In this document: piece by piece, positions 1-13,669 of the stretch | Position numbering within the stretch: the stretch's first letter is position 1 | Layout: each line of letters opens with the position of its first letter | Origin: Eledone cirrhosa | Lineage: Eukaryota | Direction of reading: 5' to 3' | Length of the DNA stretch: 64,000 nucleotides | Assembly (NCBI GenBank): GCA_964016885.1 | Contig: OZ024740.1 | Location: 424,080,001 to 424,144,000, forward strand | Notes under the pieces: model-generated | Told to the model about the DNA's origin: nothing | What the model saw: the letters and a program-made list of their open reading frames with translations, nothing else | The model's database searches: none | Program-made: the position numbers and the translations under genes

Positions 1-129
<129 letters not shown>

Positions 130-552
130 ATGTTATGAAAAATCAGGTTATATCCAAAATTGGTAGGGCACTTAAGTCAAAGTATGGTCTGTTAAATGGA
201 TATATATATATATCCCTCAATCTCTCCCTCTCATATGTGTGTATATGTATACATGACATGCTTTCTGAGAGTTCACACTGACTACCAAATGCTTTCACAC
301 ACCTTTGAATAGCCCAAGGCTATATTAATAGTAAGATGGAACCAGAAATCAATTCTTAATCCCACATATATAGTCCACTTAAGAGTCCCAGCACTGTACC
401 ACACCACAGACACAACCCGGGTGTTTACAATAAGAAGCAGCTTTTTCCATGCAGGTGGAGCTTAAGAACTTTGTAGAACTGTGTAGGTGTTTTTTTATTG
501 GCCAACACGTTTCATCAAACTCTAAGATTCCTAGATATTTGTACCGATCCCC

Positions 553-1294
553 ACTTGGGTCACTCGGTCATTCAGGAAGGGACCCATCGTGACTTGGGTC
601 AGTCAGTCATTCAGGAAGGGACTCATCATGACTTGGGTCAGTCAGTCATTCAGGAAGGGACACATTGTGACTTGGGTCAGTCAGTCATTCAGGAAAGGAC
701 CTGTCATGACTTGAGTCAGTCAGTCATTCAGGAAGGGACTCATCATGACTTGGGTCAGTCAGTCATTCAGGAAGGGACTCATCATGACTTGGGTCAGTCA
801 GTCATTCAGGAAGGGACTCATCATGACTTGGGTCAGTCAGTCATTCAGGAAGGGACACATTGTGACTTGGGTCAGTCAGTCATTCAGGAAGGAACTCATC
901 GTGACTTGGGTCAGTCAGTCATTCAGGAAGGGACTCATCATGACTTGGGTCAGTCAGTCATTCAGGAAGGGACTCATCATGACTTGGGTCAGTCAGTCAT
1001 TCAGGAAGGGACTCATCATGACTTGGGTCAGTCAGTCATTCAGGAAGGGACTCATCATGACTTGGGTCAGTCAGTCATTCAGGAAGGGACACATTGTGAC
1101 TTGGGTCAGTCAGTCATTGAGGAAAGGACCTGTCATGACTTGGGTCAGTCAGTCATTCAGGAAGGGACTCATCATGACTTGGGTCAGTCCGTCATTAAGG
1201 AAGGGACCCATCGTGACTTGGGTCAGTCAGTCATTCAGGAAGGGACCCATCGTGACTTGGGTCAGTCAGTCATTCAGGAAAGGACCTATCATGA
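553..1294. repeat. 39-bp minisatellite, about 19 copies (consensus gacttgggtcagtcagtcattcaggaagggactcatcat)
   Basis: Tandem unit read directly. It explains the 13-aa periodicity (DLGQSVIQEGTHH) of ORFs 498..1355 and 745..1335. Confidence 0.97.
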
Positions 1295-1962
1295 TAATGT
1301 GGAGAGAGGAGAGGAGAAGCAGAAAGAAGTTGTGAGGCAGAGAGATGTGAGATGAATGTTGTGTAAAAGAGGGAGAGTTGAGTGTTATGTGTGTGAGAGA
1401 GGGGGTAGATGAGCAGTGTGTGTGTGTGAGAGAGAGAGGGGGGAAGCTGAGTGTTGTATGTATGAGAGAAGGAGAGAGATGAGTGTTTTATGAGAGAGGG
1501 AGAGCCAAGTGTTGTGTGAGAGAAAGAGAGAGTTGTGTTGTGTGAGCGAGAGTTGAGTGTTGTGTGAGGGAGGAGAGAGAGAGATGAGTGTTGTATGAGA
1601 GAGGGAGAGGGTGTGTGTGACTTGCTTGCTAAGCAGTTGTGTGTGATTCTTGCCAATTCTAAAAGGATTAGCATTCTCATTAATAAAAGCAAAAGACGTT
1701 GCAGAAATGTGACTAATAATTAGACAAGGACAACAATAACAACTGAAAACAGCAAGCATTATCACTAAAGGTTAAAAATACAAAACAGATAACAGCACTT
1801 TCTCAAGTAAAGCCCACAGTGCCAAAATTATTGACTTTCAGCTTCTCTCTAGAAACTTTGTCTTTGCAATGGGAAGAGCTGGGACCAAATTGATTTTTTT
1901 CCTTTAACTCAGCTCCAGATTTAGAAGAAAGTATATATAGGAAGAAACAATAATTAATAACA

Positions 1963-2132
1963 ATGATGATGGTGATGATAGTGGTGATGATGGTGATGAT
2001 AATAATGATCATACTGGTGAGAATGGGGATGATGATGATTGTGGAGATAATGGTGATGATTAGAACAATGATGATGATTGTTGTGGTGGTGATGATGATG
2101 ATTGCAGTGATGATTATGATGATGGTGGTGGT
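1963..2132. repeat. Degenerate (GAT/GGT)n trinucleotide low-complexity tract
   Basis: gatgatggtgatgat runs. Confidence 0.85.
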
Positions 2133-2380
2133 AATTTCATTATTGGCCACAGTGACCAAAGATGTTGGAGAGGGTACAAGAGTGAAATGTATAAAACAAA
2201 GAAAAGGGGTCAGTGCAGTGGCAATGAAGTAAAAAAATCCTTTTTAATATTGGCAAGAATCCCACCCCATTGCTGAGTAAGCAAGTCTATATTTTATAGG
2301 CATACAAGATTTCTCCCCAACCTTTTTCTCTTGCCTTCACATGTAACTTCACACACCCACACTCCACCACACACATACAC

Positions 2381-5300
2381 CCCATTAATTGGTGACAGGG
2401 ACATAGCAGTGATCATACTCTCCATTAATTGGTAGCAGGGACATAGCAGTGATCATATTCTCTATTAATTGGTGGCAGGGACATAGCAGTGATCATACTC
2501 TCCATTAATTGGTAGCAGGGACATAGCAGTGATCATATTCTCCATTAATTGGTAGCAGGGACATAGCAGTGATCATATTCTCCATTAATTGGTGACAGGG
2601 ACATAGCAGTGATCATACTCTCCATTAATTGGTAGCAGAGACATAGCAGTGATCATACTCTCCATTAATTGGTAGCAGAGACATAGCAGTGATCATATTC
2701 TCTATTAATTGGTGGCAGGGACATAGCAGTGATCATACTCTCCATTAATTGGTAGCAGGGACATAGCAGTGATCATATTCTCCATTAATTGGTGGCAGGG
2801 ACATAGCAGTGATCATATTCTCCATTAATTGGTGGCAGGGACATAGCAGTGATCATACTCTCCATTAATTGGTAGCAGGGACATAGCAGTGATCATATTC
2901 TCCATTAATTGGTGACAGAGACATAGCAGTGATCATATTCTCCATTAATTGGTGGCAGGGACATAGCAGTGATCATACTCTCCATTAATTGGTAGCAGAG
3001 ACATAGCAGTGATCATACTCTCCATTAATTGGTAGCAGAGACATAGCAGTGATCATACTCTCCATTAATTAGTAGCAGAGACATAGCAGTGATCATATTC
3101 TCCATTAATTGGTAGCAGGGACATAGCAGTGATCATACTCTCCATTAATTGGTAGCAGGGACATAGCAGTGATCATACTCTCCATTAATTGGTAGCAGGG
3201 ACATAGCAGTGATCATACTCTCTATTAATTGGTGGCAGGTACATAGCAGTGATCATACTCTCCATTAATTGGTGACAGGGACATAGCAGTGATCATATTC
3301 TCTATTAATTGGTGGCAGGTACATAGCAGTGATCATACTCTCCATTAATTGGTGACAGGGACATAGCAGTGATCATATTCTCCATTAATTGGTAGCAGGG
3401 ACATAGCAGTGATCATATTCTCCATTAATTGGTAGCAGGGACATAGCAGTGATCATATTCTCCATTAATTGGTAGCAGAGACATAGCAGTGATCATATTC
3501 TCCATTAATTGGTAGCAGAGACATAGCAGTCATCATACTCTCCATTAATTGGTCGCAGAGACATAGCAGTGATCATATTCTCCATTAATTGGTAGCAGAG
3601 ACATAGCAGTGATCATATTCTCCATTAATTGGTAGCAGAGACATAGCAGTCATCATACTCTCCATTAATTGGTCGCAGAGACATAGCAGTGATCATATTC
3701 TCCATTAATTGGTAGCAGAGACATAGCAGTGATCATATTCTCCATTAATTGGTAGCAGGGACATAGCAGTCATCATACTCTCCATTAATTGGTAGCAGGG
3801 ACATAGCAGTGATCATATTCTCCATTAATTGGTAGCAGGGACATAGCAGTGATCATATTCTCCATTAATTGGTAGCAGGGACATAGCAGTGATCATATTC
3901 TCCATTAATTGGTAGCAGGGACATAGCAGTGATCATATTCTCCATTAATTGGTAGCAGAGACATAGCAGTCATCATACTCTCCATTAATTGGTAGCAGGG
4001 ACATAGCAGTCATCATACTCTCCATTAATTGGTAGCAGGGACATAGCAGTGATCATACTCTCCATTAATTGGTAGCAGGGACATAGCAGTGATCATATTC
4101 TCCATTAATTGGTAGCAGGGACATAGCAGTGATCATATTCTCTATTAATTGGTGGCAGGGACATAGCAGTGATCATATTCTCTATTAATTGGTGGCAGGG
4201 ACATAGCAGTGATCATATTCTCCATTAATTGGTGACAGGGACATAGCAGTGATCATATTCTCCATTAATTGGTAGCAGGGACATAGCAGTGATCATATTC
4301 TCTATTAATTGGTGGCAGGGACATAGCAGTGATCATATTCTCCATTAATTGGTGACAGGGACATAGCAGTGATCATATTCTCCATTAATTGGTAGCAGGG
4401 ACATAGCAGTGAGCATACTCTCCATTAATTGGTAGCAGGGACATAGCAGTGATCATACTCTCCATTAATTGGTAGCAGAGACATAGCAGTGATCATATTC
4501 TCCATTAATTGGTAGCAGAGACATAGCGGTGATCATATTCTCCATTAATTGGTAGCAGAGACATAGCAGTGATCATACTCTCCATTAATTAGTAGCAGAG
4601 ACATAGCAGTGATCATATTCTCCATTAATTGGTAGCAGAGACATAGCAGTGATCATATTCTCCATTAATTGGTAGCAGAGACATAGCAGTGAGCATACTC
4701 TCCATTAATTGGTAGCAGGGACATAGCAGTCATCATACTCTCCATTAATTGGTGACAGGGACATAGCAGTCATCATACTCTCCATTAATTGGTAGCAGGG
4801 ACATAGCAGTGATCATATTCTCCATTAATTGGTAGCAGGGACATAGCAGTGCTCATATTCTCCATTAATTGGTAGCAGGGACATAGCAGTGATCATATTC
4901 TCTATTAATTGGTGGCAGGGACATAGCAGTGATCATATTCTCCATTAATTGGTGACAGGGACATAGCAGTGATCATATTCTCCATTAATTGGTAGCAGGG
5001 ACATAGCAGTCATCATACTCTCCATTAATTGGTAGCAGGGACATAGCAGTGATCATATTCTCCATTAATTGGTAGCAGGGACATAGCAGTGATCATACTC
5101 TCCATTAATTGGTAGCAGAGACATAGCAGTGATCATATTCTCCATTAATTGGTAGCAGAGACATAGCAGTGATCATATTCTCCATTAATTGGTAGCAGAG
5201 ACATAGCAGTGATCATATTCTCCATTAATTGGTAGCAGGGACATAGCAGTGATCATACTCTCCATTAATTGGTAGCAGGGACATAGCAGTGATCATACTC

Positions 5301-7451
5301 TCCATTAATTGGTAGCAGAGACATAGCAGTGATCATATTCTCCATTAATTGGTAGCAGGGACATAGCAGTGATCATACTCTCCATTAATTGGTAGCAGAG
5401 ACATAGCAGTGATCATATCCTCCATTAATTGGTAGCAGGGACATAGCAGTGATCATACTCTCCATTAATTGGTAGCAGGGACATAGCAGTGCTCATATTC
5501 TCTATTAATTGGTGGCAGGGACATAGCAGTGATCATATTCTCTATTAATTGGTGGCAGGGACATAGCAGTGATCATACTCTCCATTAATTGGTGACAGGG
5601 ACATAGCAGTGATCATACTCTCCATTAATCGGTAGCAGAGACATAGCAGTGATCATACTCTCCATTAATTGGTAGCAGAGACATAGCAGTGATCATATTC
5701 TCCATTAATTGGTGACAGGGACATAGCAGTGATCATACTCTCCATTAATCGGTAGCAGAGACATAGCAGTGATCATATTCTCCATTAATTGGTGGCAGGG
5801 ACATAGCAGTGATCATATTCTCTATTAATTGGTGACAGGGACATAGCAGTGATCATATTCTCTATTAATTGGTAGCAGGGACATAGCAGTGATCATATTC
5901 TCTATTAATTGGTGGCAGGGACATAGCAGTGATCATATTCTCCATTAATTGGTGGAAGGGACATAGCAGTGATCATATTCTTCATTAATTGGTGGCAGGG
6001 ACATAGCAGTGATCATACTCTCTATTAATTGGTGGCAGGGACATAGCAGTGATCATACTCTCCATTAATTGGTAGCAGGGACATAGCAGTGATCATATTC
6101 TCCATTAATTGGTGGCAGGGACATAGCAGTGATCATATTCTCCATTAATTGGTGGCAGGGACATAGCAGTGATCATACTCTCCATTAATTGGTGACAGGG
6201 ACATAGCAGTGATCATATTCTTCATTAATTGGTGGCAGGGACATAGCAGTGATCATATTCTCCATTAATTGGTAGCAGGGACATAGCAGTCATCATACTC
6301 TCCATTAATTGGTAGCAGGGACATAGCAGTCATCATACTCTCCATTAATTGGTGGCAGGGACATAGCAGTGATCATATTCTCCATTAATTGGTGGCAGGG
6401 ACATAGCAGTGATCATATTCTCTATTAATTGGTGGCAGGTACATAGCAGTGATCATACTCTCCATTAATTGGTGACAGGGACATAGCAGTGATCATACAC
6501 TCCATTAATTGGTAGCAGGGACATAGCAGTGATCATATTCTCTATTAATTGGTGACAGGGACATAGCAGTGATCATATTCTCTATTAATTGGTGGCAGGG
6601 ACATAGCAGTGATCATTTTCTCCATTAATTGGTGGCAGGGACATAGCAGTGATCATACTCTCCATTAAATGGTAGCAGGGATACAGCAGTGATCATACTC
6701 TCCATTAATTGGTAGCAGAGACATAGCAGTGATCATATTCTCCATTAATTGGTGGCAGGGACATAGCAGTGATCATATCCTCCATTAATTGGTGACAGGG
6801 ACATAGCAGTGATCATACTCTCCATTAATTGGTAGCAGAGACATAGCAGTGATCATACTCTCCATTAATTGGTCGCAGAGACATAGCAGTGATCATATTC
6901 TCTATTAATTGGTAGCAGAGACATAGCAGTGATCATATTCTCCATTAATTGGTAGCAGAGACATAGCAGTGATCATATTCTCCATTAATTGGTAGCAGGG
7001 ACATAGCAGTGATCATATTCTCCATTAATTGGTAGCAGGGACATAGCAGTGATCATATTCTCTATTAATTGGTGACAGGGACATAGCAGTGATCATATTC
7101 TCTATTAATTGGTAGCAGGGACATAGCAGTGATCATATTCTCCATTAATTGGTAGCAGGGACATAGCAGTGATCATATTCTCCATTAATTGGTGGCAGGG
7201 ACATAGCAGTGATCATATCCTCCATTAATTGGTGACAGGGACATAGCAGTGATCATATTCTCTATTAATTGGTAGCAGGGACATAGCAGTGATCATACTC
7301 TCCATTAATTGGTCGCAGAGACATAGCAGTGATCATATTCTCCATTAATTGGTAGCAGGGACATAGCAGTGATCATATTCTCCATTAATTGGTGGCAGGG
7401 ACATAGCAGTGATCATACTCTCCATTAATTGGTAGCAGGAACATTGCAGTG
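2381..7451. repeat. 40-bp minisatellite, about 127 copies (consensus tccattaattggtagcagggacatagcagtgatcatattc)
   Basis: Strict 40-bp phase over 5.07 kb with substitution variants only. Confidence 0.99.
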
Positions 7452-8717
7452 TCGTATAGAATTCATCTCTGTTTTGTGGGTCAAAGTAGGTAAGATGGTA
7501 TTGTAATGTATCTTGAGTGGCTCCACCTAGGGCTGTTTTTATATAGCTACATGCAGAGGACCTTACTTGGAGGTTTTCACAAGTTGTGACAAAGCTAATA
7601 TATTTTGTAAATATACCGTTCCAAAACACCAAAGTTCAGTTTGAACCCTCTCCCAAAGAAACCACTTTAAATGTGTGTGTGTGTTCTAGTTTATGCAGTA
7701 TAAAAATGTGTGTACACACACACACACACATAGAGACTTTGATGTAAAGATGCTATAAAGAGTTAATGAGTGGTGTCAAGTGTTTCACCATCTATTTTCT
7801 ATTTAAACAATATAGTTTTGTTACTATGTAGTCAATAAACTTTACAATTAAATTTTACTTTAAAAAAAAAAACTAGTTGCTTTCATCCCTCCGCCCTTTT
7901 TTTCTCCAAATAATACACACACACAGATATAGATATATAAATATTCATATATATATATATATTATAAAATTATCAAAATAATAAAAATAATGTAGCCATG
8001 TACAATCTTTATTATTATCATTATTGACTGTTTGTTTTTTCTTGAAATTCTTACAACAGTTGTAAAAAATAAAATAAAAATTAAGAGTAAATAAGCAAAT
8101 GAATCCATAAATTGGTATGTCTGCTGCTGCTGTTGTGGTTGTTGTTGCTGTTGTTGTTACTGCTGCTGCTTCATTGAAATTACTTATGGCAGCTTTTATG
8201 GAAAGTAATTTTCGACATGGATACTTCTTCTTTAGAATTGTATTTCTTTGGCGGCAGCCTTAGCCAATATCTCCCTCCCCTCCCCTCTCTCAAGCAAATT
8301 AATCGTTTCTGTCAAGTTGAAACTATAATGACTTTAGAAAGGACACTGGCAATGTCAGTGCGTATGTATGTGTGTGTATATATAGACACACATATAGACA
8401 TTGACATGTGTATGTATGTGTGTATATATATATATATAAACACACAAATCATATATACATGTACACATACACACATACACACTCACTAATATAACTGGTG
8501 TTTCTTGTGAAATAAACAGCTTAGTATTCTTTTTTTCTTTAATTAGTTTCAGTCATTAGACTCCAGCCATACTAGGACACTGCCTTGATTTAGTCAATCC
8601 TATCTACTCCAGAACTTATTTCTTAAAAATATCCCAATACTTATACATCAATCTCTTTTGGTTAGCCCATAGATTACAGACATAAACATAAACACACACA
8701 CACACACACATATGATA

Positions 8718-9003
8718 GAGGCACATGGCCTTGTAGTAAAGGTGTTGGACTTATGATCATAAAGTTGTGTATTGGATACCTGGACTGGGTTGTGTGTTGT
8801 GTTTTTGAGTAAAACACTTTATTTCACATTGCTCTTGTGATGGAATGATGTCTTGCCCAGGGAAGAGTCTTGTACTCTGCTGCTTCACCCCACGGAAACC
8901 AGGATGAGCCTCTGGGTTCTGAGTCAGACTTTTTTTTTTATACAACTCATCTAACCCTTGCTAGTGTAGAAAAATGGATGTTAAACAGTGATGATGATGA
9001 TGA
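8718..9003 (+). mobile_element. tRNA-headed SINE family A, degenerate copy with (GAT)n tail
   Basis: Head gaggcacatggc, central motif gagtaaaacactttatttcacattgctc, tail taacccttgctag...gtgatgatgatg shared with other copies. Confidence 0.75.
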
Positions 9004-9200
9004 ATATAAGTAAAATATATATCAATATATATTATCTCGAATATATGGTGGTGTGGTGCAATAAATTTCTACATTTTTTAACTTTGTAGAATTCTACTCT
9101 CAAAACATCTGTGTGTGTGTATCCATGGCTATGTTGTTGGTTTTTGTCCTGTAATGTAGTGGATTTGCAAATAAAGATGAAATAAGTATCAGTTATATTA

Positions 9201-9257
9201 GTCCTAGTCATATTGGGATACTACCTCTTGAAGGTAGTATCCCAATATGACTAGGAC
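9201..9257. repeat. Perfect 26-bp hairpin with 5-nt loop
   Basis: gtcctagtcatattgggatactacct-cttga-aggtagtatcccaatatgactaggac. Confidence 0.95.
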
Positions 9258-9549
9258 CAGTAAAAAATGTTATCCATATTTACTGTTAATTTGCTTTGTT
9301 GATTTGCATGTATGAATTTTATAAAGATAAATGTGAAATGTTTATAATTTAATGTTTGCTTCTGTATGGGTGTATATATGTATATAAACATACACATTTA
9401 CACATATATTCACACGTATGTATATGCATTCACATGTGATATAAGGAGAGAGAGAGAGATATCTACACCCACTCTGCATCTCTCCATGCATTGAGTACTT
9501 CGATGATTAGTGGTCTCCTCAGTCTCAGCACCACAGACTATCTCTCTAC

Positions 9550-9586
<37 letters not shown>

Positions 9587-9589
<3 letters not shown>

Positions 9590-9735
9590 TCATCATCATC
9601 ATCATCATCATTGTTTAATCTTCTACGCTAGCATGGGTTTAGATGGGAATTATCCCACTTGAGGCAAGATTGGTCGTCTCACTCGTATAAGACTGTCTGG
9701 CAGGTTTTCTATGGCTGGATGCCCTTCCTAACACC

Positions 9736-9740
<5 letters not shown>
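9587..9740 (-). mobile_element. RTE LINE 3' UTR fragment with (GAT)n tail
   Basis: Matches the 3' UTR of RTE copies at 24698-25593 and 27502-28293 (cccacttgaggcaaga...ggatgcccttcctaacaccaac). Confidence 0.8.
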
Positions 9741-9779
<39 letters not shown>

Positions 9780-9801
9780 ACCACACCACACCACACCACA
9801 C

Positions 9802-9834
<33 letters not shown>

Positions 9835-10096
9835 AATAATAAATTTGAAGACTAAAATCCAAAGAGGGCTCGATAAGGATAAATATATATCAAATATATA
9901 AGAACCGTAGACCAAATATTTATTAAAATAACAGATTAAAGTTTAAGCAAAGAATCGCTGCTTTCACCTTTAATAAATATATATATATATATATTAAAGT
10001 TTAAACAAGGTTCAATGAATAAATCAAAGAATAAAGTTTTACTGCCATGACTGAATTTTAACCATCTACTTAGTCAGGGTATGTCATGCATCATCT

Positions 10097-10163
10097 TATT
10101 TTATCTGATGAGAACGTACTGTTGAAGATAGCTCAGTACGTCTGAAATATGTATAATAAAATA
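10097..10163 (+). ncRNA. Type I hammerhead ribozyme motif, minimal form with short palindromic stem III
   Basis: Stem I TATTTTAT/ATAAAATA; core CTGATGA (10105-11); stem II ACGTACTG/CAGTACGT; GAAA (10144-47); stem III TA-TG-TA; NUH = AUA with predicted cut after 10155. Confidence 0.7.
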
Positions 10164-11230
10164 TACTTGATCACACGAATGTCTATTTTTGTTAATATTT
10201 TGAATTAATATATATATATATATATATTCAGCATATGCAGACAATACAATGATGGATATGATAGATATTGGTTTGTTTATATATATTTCTTTGCACACAC
10301 TCACACAACCATGCTCATTCTCCATTTAAGACTGGAAATGGTTTTAACTGTATTGATTTATGTAAGAAATGAAAGCTCCTTTGTTTTGTTTGTTCCACTT
10401 CAAGAAACGTGTTGGAAGGGTTTTTCAAGCTCAAAGGTTCATGTTTGAGAGTACATTTGTCAAAACATGTTTTGATTACATGGACTGTTTTAGTTAAATC
10501 CAAAGAATACATAAACAGAAATACAGATGTTCAAATTTAGTATTATATACATATATATATATATATATGTTCATATACACATATAGAATATATATATATG
10601 AATGATATTTGTTTTTGAAATGCGCATAATAAAATACATGGAACTCTTTTAACCATCTTTTGTTCTTATATATTTTATATATATATATATGTGTGTGAAC
10701 CTTTGTTTGGCAAGCTTTCTATGGTTAGATGCCATTCCTGTCACCAACCACTTTACAGCATGTAGTGTATATACATGTATATGTTCTGTATGACCTCGAC
10801 TGCCTCAAATAGGACAACCCATCTAACCCATGCTAGCATGGAAAATGGACATTAACCGGTGATGATAATGATGTCCCACTCATATACCCAACACACTGTT
10901 ACATCATTAATACACACACTTTTCCATAGAAGCACCATACACATAAACACACAAATGTAAAAAATAATATCTCGCGACTCAAATCTCCCCCAAACACCTT
11001 CATACACAAACCTTTCCAAAAACAGGCCATACTTGAACATGTACTACACAACTCCACACAACATACTGTGAGCTGCTGACATATGAACACACACACATTT
11101 TTTACCTCCCCTTTCTAATATCTTTTAGGCAAAAGGCAATCTAAACTCATTCTTTTCCAGTCCAGTAAGACTGCCATTTGGCACATGTTTTTTTCTCATC
11201 CCTTTTTTTCTCTTTTTCTCAAACATTATG

Positions 11231-11275
11231 GTTTCCTTTCTGATGAAGGATCAGTCTCTGAAATGTTGAAGACTG
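11231..11275 (+). ncRNA. Degenerate minimal hammerhead-like motif
   Basis: CTGATGA-AGGATCAGTCTCT-GAAA-TGTT. Related to the motif at 53211-53255. Confidence 0.4.
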
Positions 11276-13288
11276 CTTTTATTTCCTTTTATATGTTATA
11301 TTAATATACTCTTATTGTACTGTGTTCTTCTCTGTTGTTGTTCCTCGAGTTTTATTGACTTTTATTTTGCATATACACAATCATCATCATTATCCTAAGC
11401 ATACAAAAATATTGTCTATATATGATTGTGTGTGTATGTGTGTGTGAGAGAGTGTGTGTATATATGTAAGTATAGACAAACATCATACTGACAATATTTT
11501 GTAGATCTAAGGAAGATCTGTTGTAGATACCATCATAATTAGTTTTCAGATGTAAACTACATTCAATAAAAGAGGAGGAAATCTCAGTAAGAAACACAGT
11601 AAACCTTTCTTCAGTTCCTTCTCCTGTCTTGGCTTCTTTCCAGTATTGGTTTTCTCTTAAGAAAAGACTCATTGATTTACCCTGCAATGCTATATGAAGA
11701 TTTCTTCTAACAACAGTATCCCCCACATCCCTCTCTATCTCTCCCTCTCTCTTTCTTCCTCTATCCCTATCTATCTAGCTATCTCTCCCTCTCTGATTCT
11801 CTCTCTCCACACTATTTCCTTTCACTGTGTGCCCTAATAATTTTTCTCAAGGAATCTCCTCTCTCTCTTTCTCTCTCTACATTGTTTCCTTTCACTCTGT
11901 GCCCTAATAATCTTTCTCCTAGACCCTCCCACCACCACCATTACTTATGTCTTCAACCACACCCATACAGCTTTTAATATATTTATTTATGTTATTCTGC
12001 TACTTCTTACTCCTTTCCACTTCCATCTTCATAACTCCCTTAGTTTTTACTGTATTTTTATGATCACTGTTTCTATCTTGTTAATCTTGCTGTTATTTCA
12101 TATATTTTATAGCCTCTGGAATCTCTACAATAAAAAACTATTATAATTATTACCATTATTACAACTATAATGATAAAAATGATGATGATTTTTATTCTCT
12201 CCTGAAATTGTATTTTGGCCTTATTCTTTTAAAATTCTATTTGGTGCTGGGGTTATTTGACTTTTAGTTTTTTGGGGGAGTTTTTGTTGTTGTTTTTCCA
12301 AATGAATAATTTTCACTTATTTGTTAAGAAGTAATAACGGAACATTTTCCTAATGTTTGTTGTGATTGCAGCAATGGCTTTTTTCTTGAAATATTGTTGT
12401 TATTATTATTTGTCTTTTAACTCTTTTTTTTTTTCTGTCATCTGTGACTGTTTATTTTGGTATTCTTTTATTGTCTTCTTCACTTCAGTCAGGTTTTTTT
12501 CTTCTTCTTAGGGGAGGATTATTTTCTTCTTTTCTTCCTTCTGCTAGTATCCCCTCCTCTGTTTTTTTTTATTTTTTATTATTCTCTTGTTCTCCCATTC
12601 TCTAGGTTCCCCATCATCCTCCATACTCCCATCCTCTCATTCTCATATTCTTCTCTACTCCCACCATCTCATTCTATTGTATTCTCCCCATCTCTAGTTG
12701 GTTTGTCTTCTTCTCTGCATTCTGTTTTATATTTACCATCTCCCATACTCCTGTCTCCTTCTTCTGTCTTCTCATTTTCTCCTGTCCTTTGTCATTCTCT
12801 AACACATTCATATCTTCCTTTCCCCTTTCCTTTCTCTTCTGTTTTCCTGGGTTTTCTTTTGACATTTTCTTGTTCAATTTCTTTCCTAGTTGTGATTAAT
12901 GACTAAAATCTCACAGCTTGCTTGCAAGAATTGTGCTAGAATTAACATTTAAATATAAATACTGACCAGAGCCACCACTGAGCTGAATAAAAGACAAAAG
13001 AAGACACACAGACACAGACACATGCACATGGATATATTCAATATTTTTACTATAACAAAAAGTTGATTGTGGAAGCTAAAAGTTTAAAACAGAATATTAA
13101 CTGCAATCAACACATACCAAATACAAACTATTATTCAGTGTTTGATCTACACCAGATTTCAGTCTGTTATCTGTGTGTATGTCTGTGTCTGTGGAGTGTG
13201 CATGTGTAACTATCTGTCTTTGCAACATAGAAGTGCCAGGTATATTTAGATTTGATGCCATTTCACAGTATGTTGTAACATATATATA

Positions 13289-13669
<381 letters not shown>

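Noticed and set aside
498-1355. 285-aa protein-coding gene
   Set aside because: No ATG at the start (TTG); the frame is open only because the repeat unit is a stop-free multiple of three.
2381-7451. CRISPR array
   Set aside because: Units are contiguous with no unique spacers, there are no cas genes and the context is eukaryotic.
7345-7632. 95-aa minus-strand ORF
   Set aside because: It runs into the minisatellite, has no recognisable domain and no splice support.
9490-9530. Minus-strand CTGAGGA...GAAG hammerhead candidate
   Set aside because: GAAA is absent and the stems do not pair.
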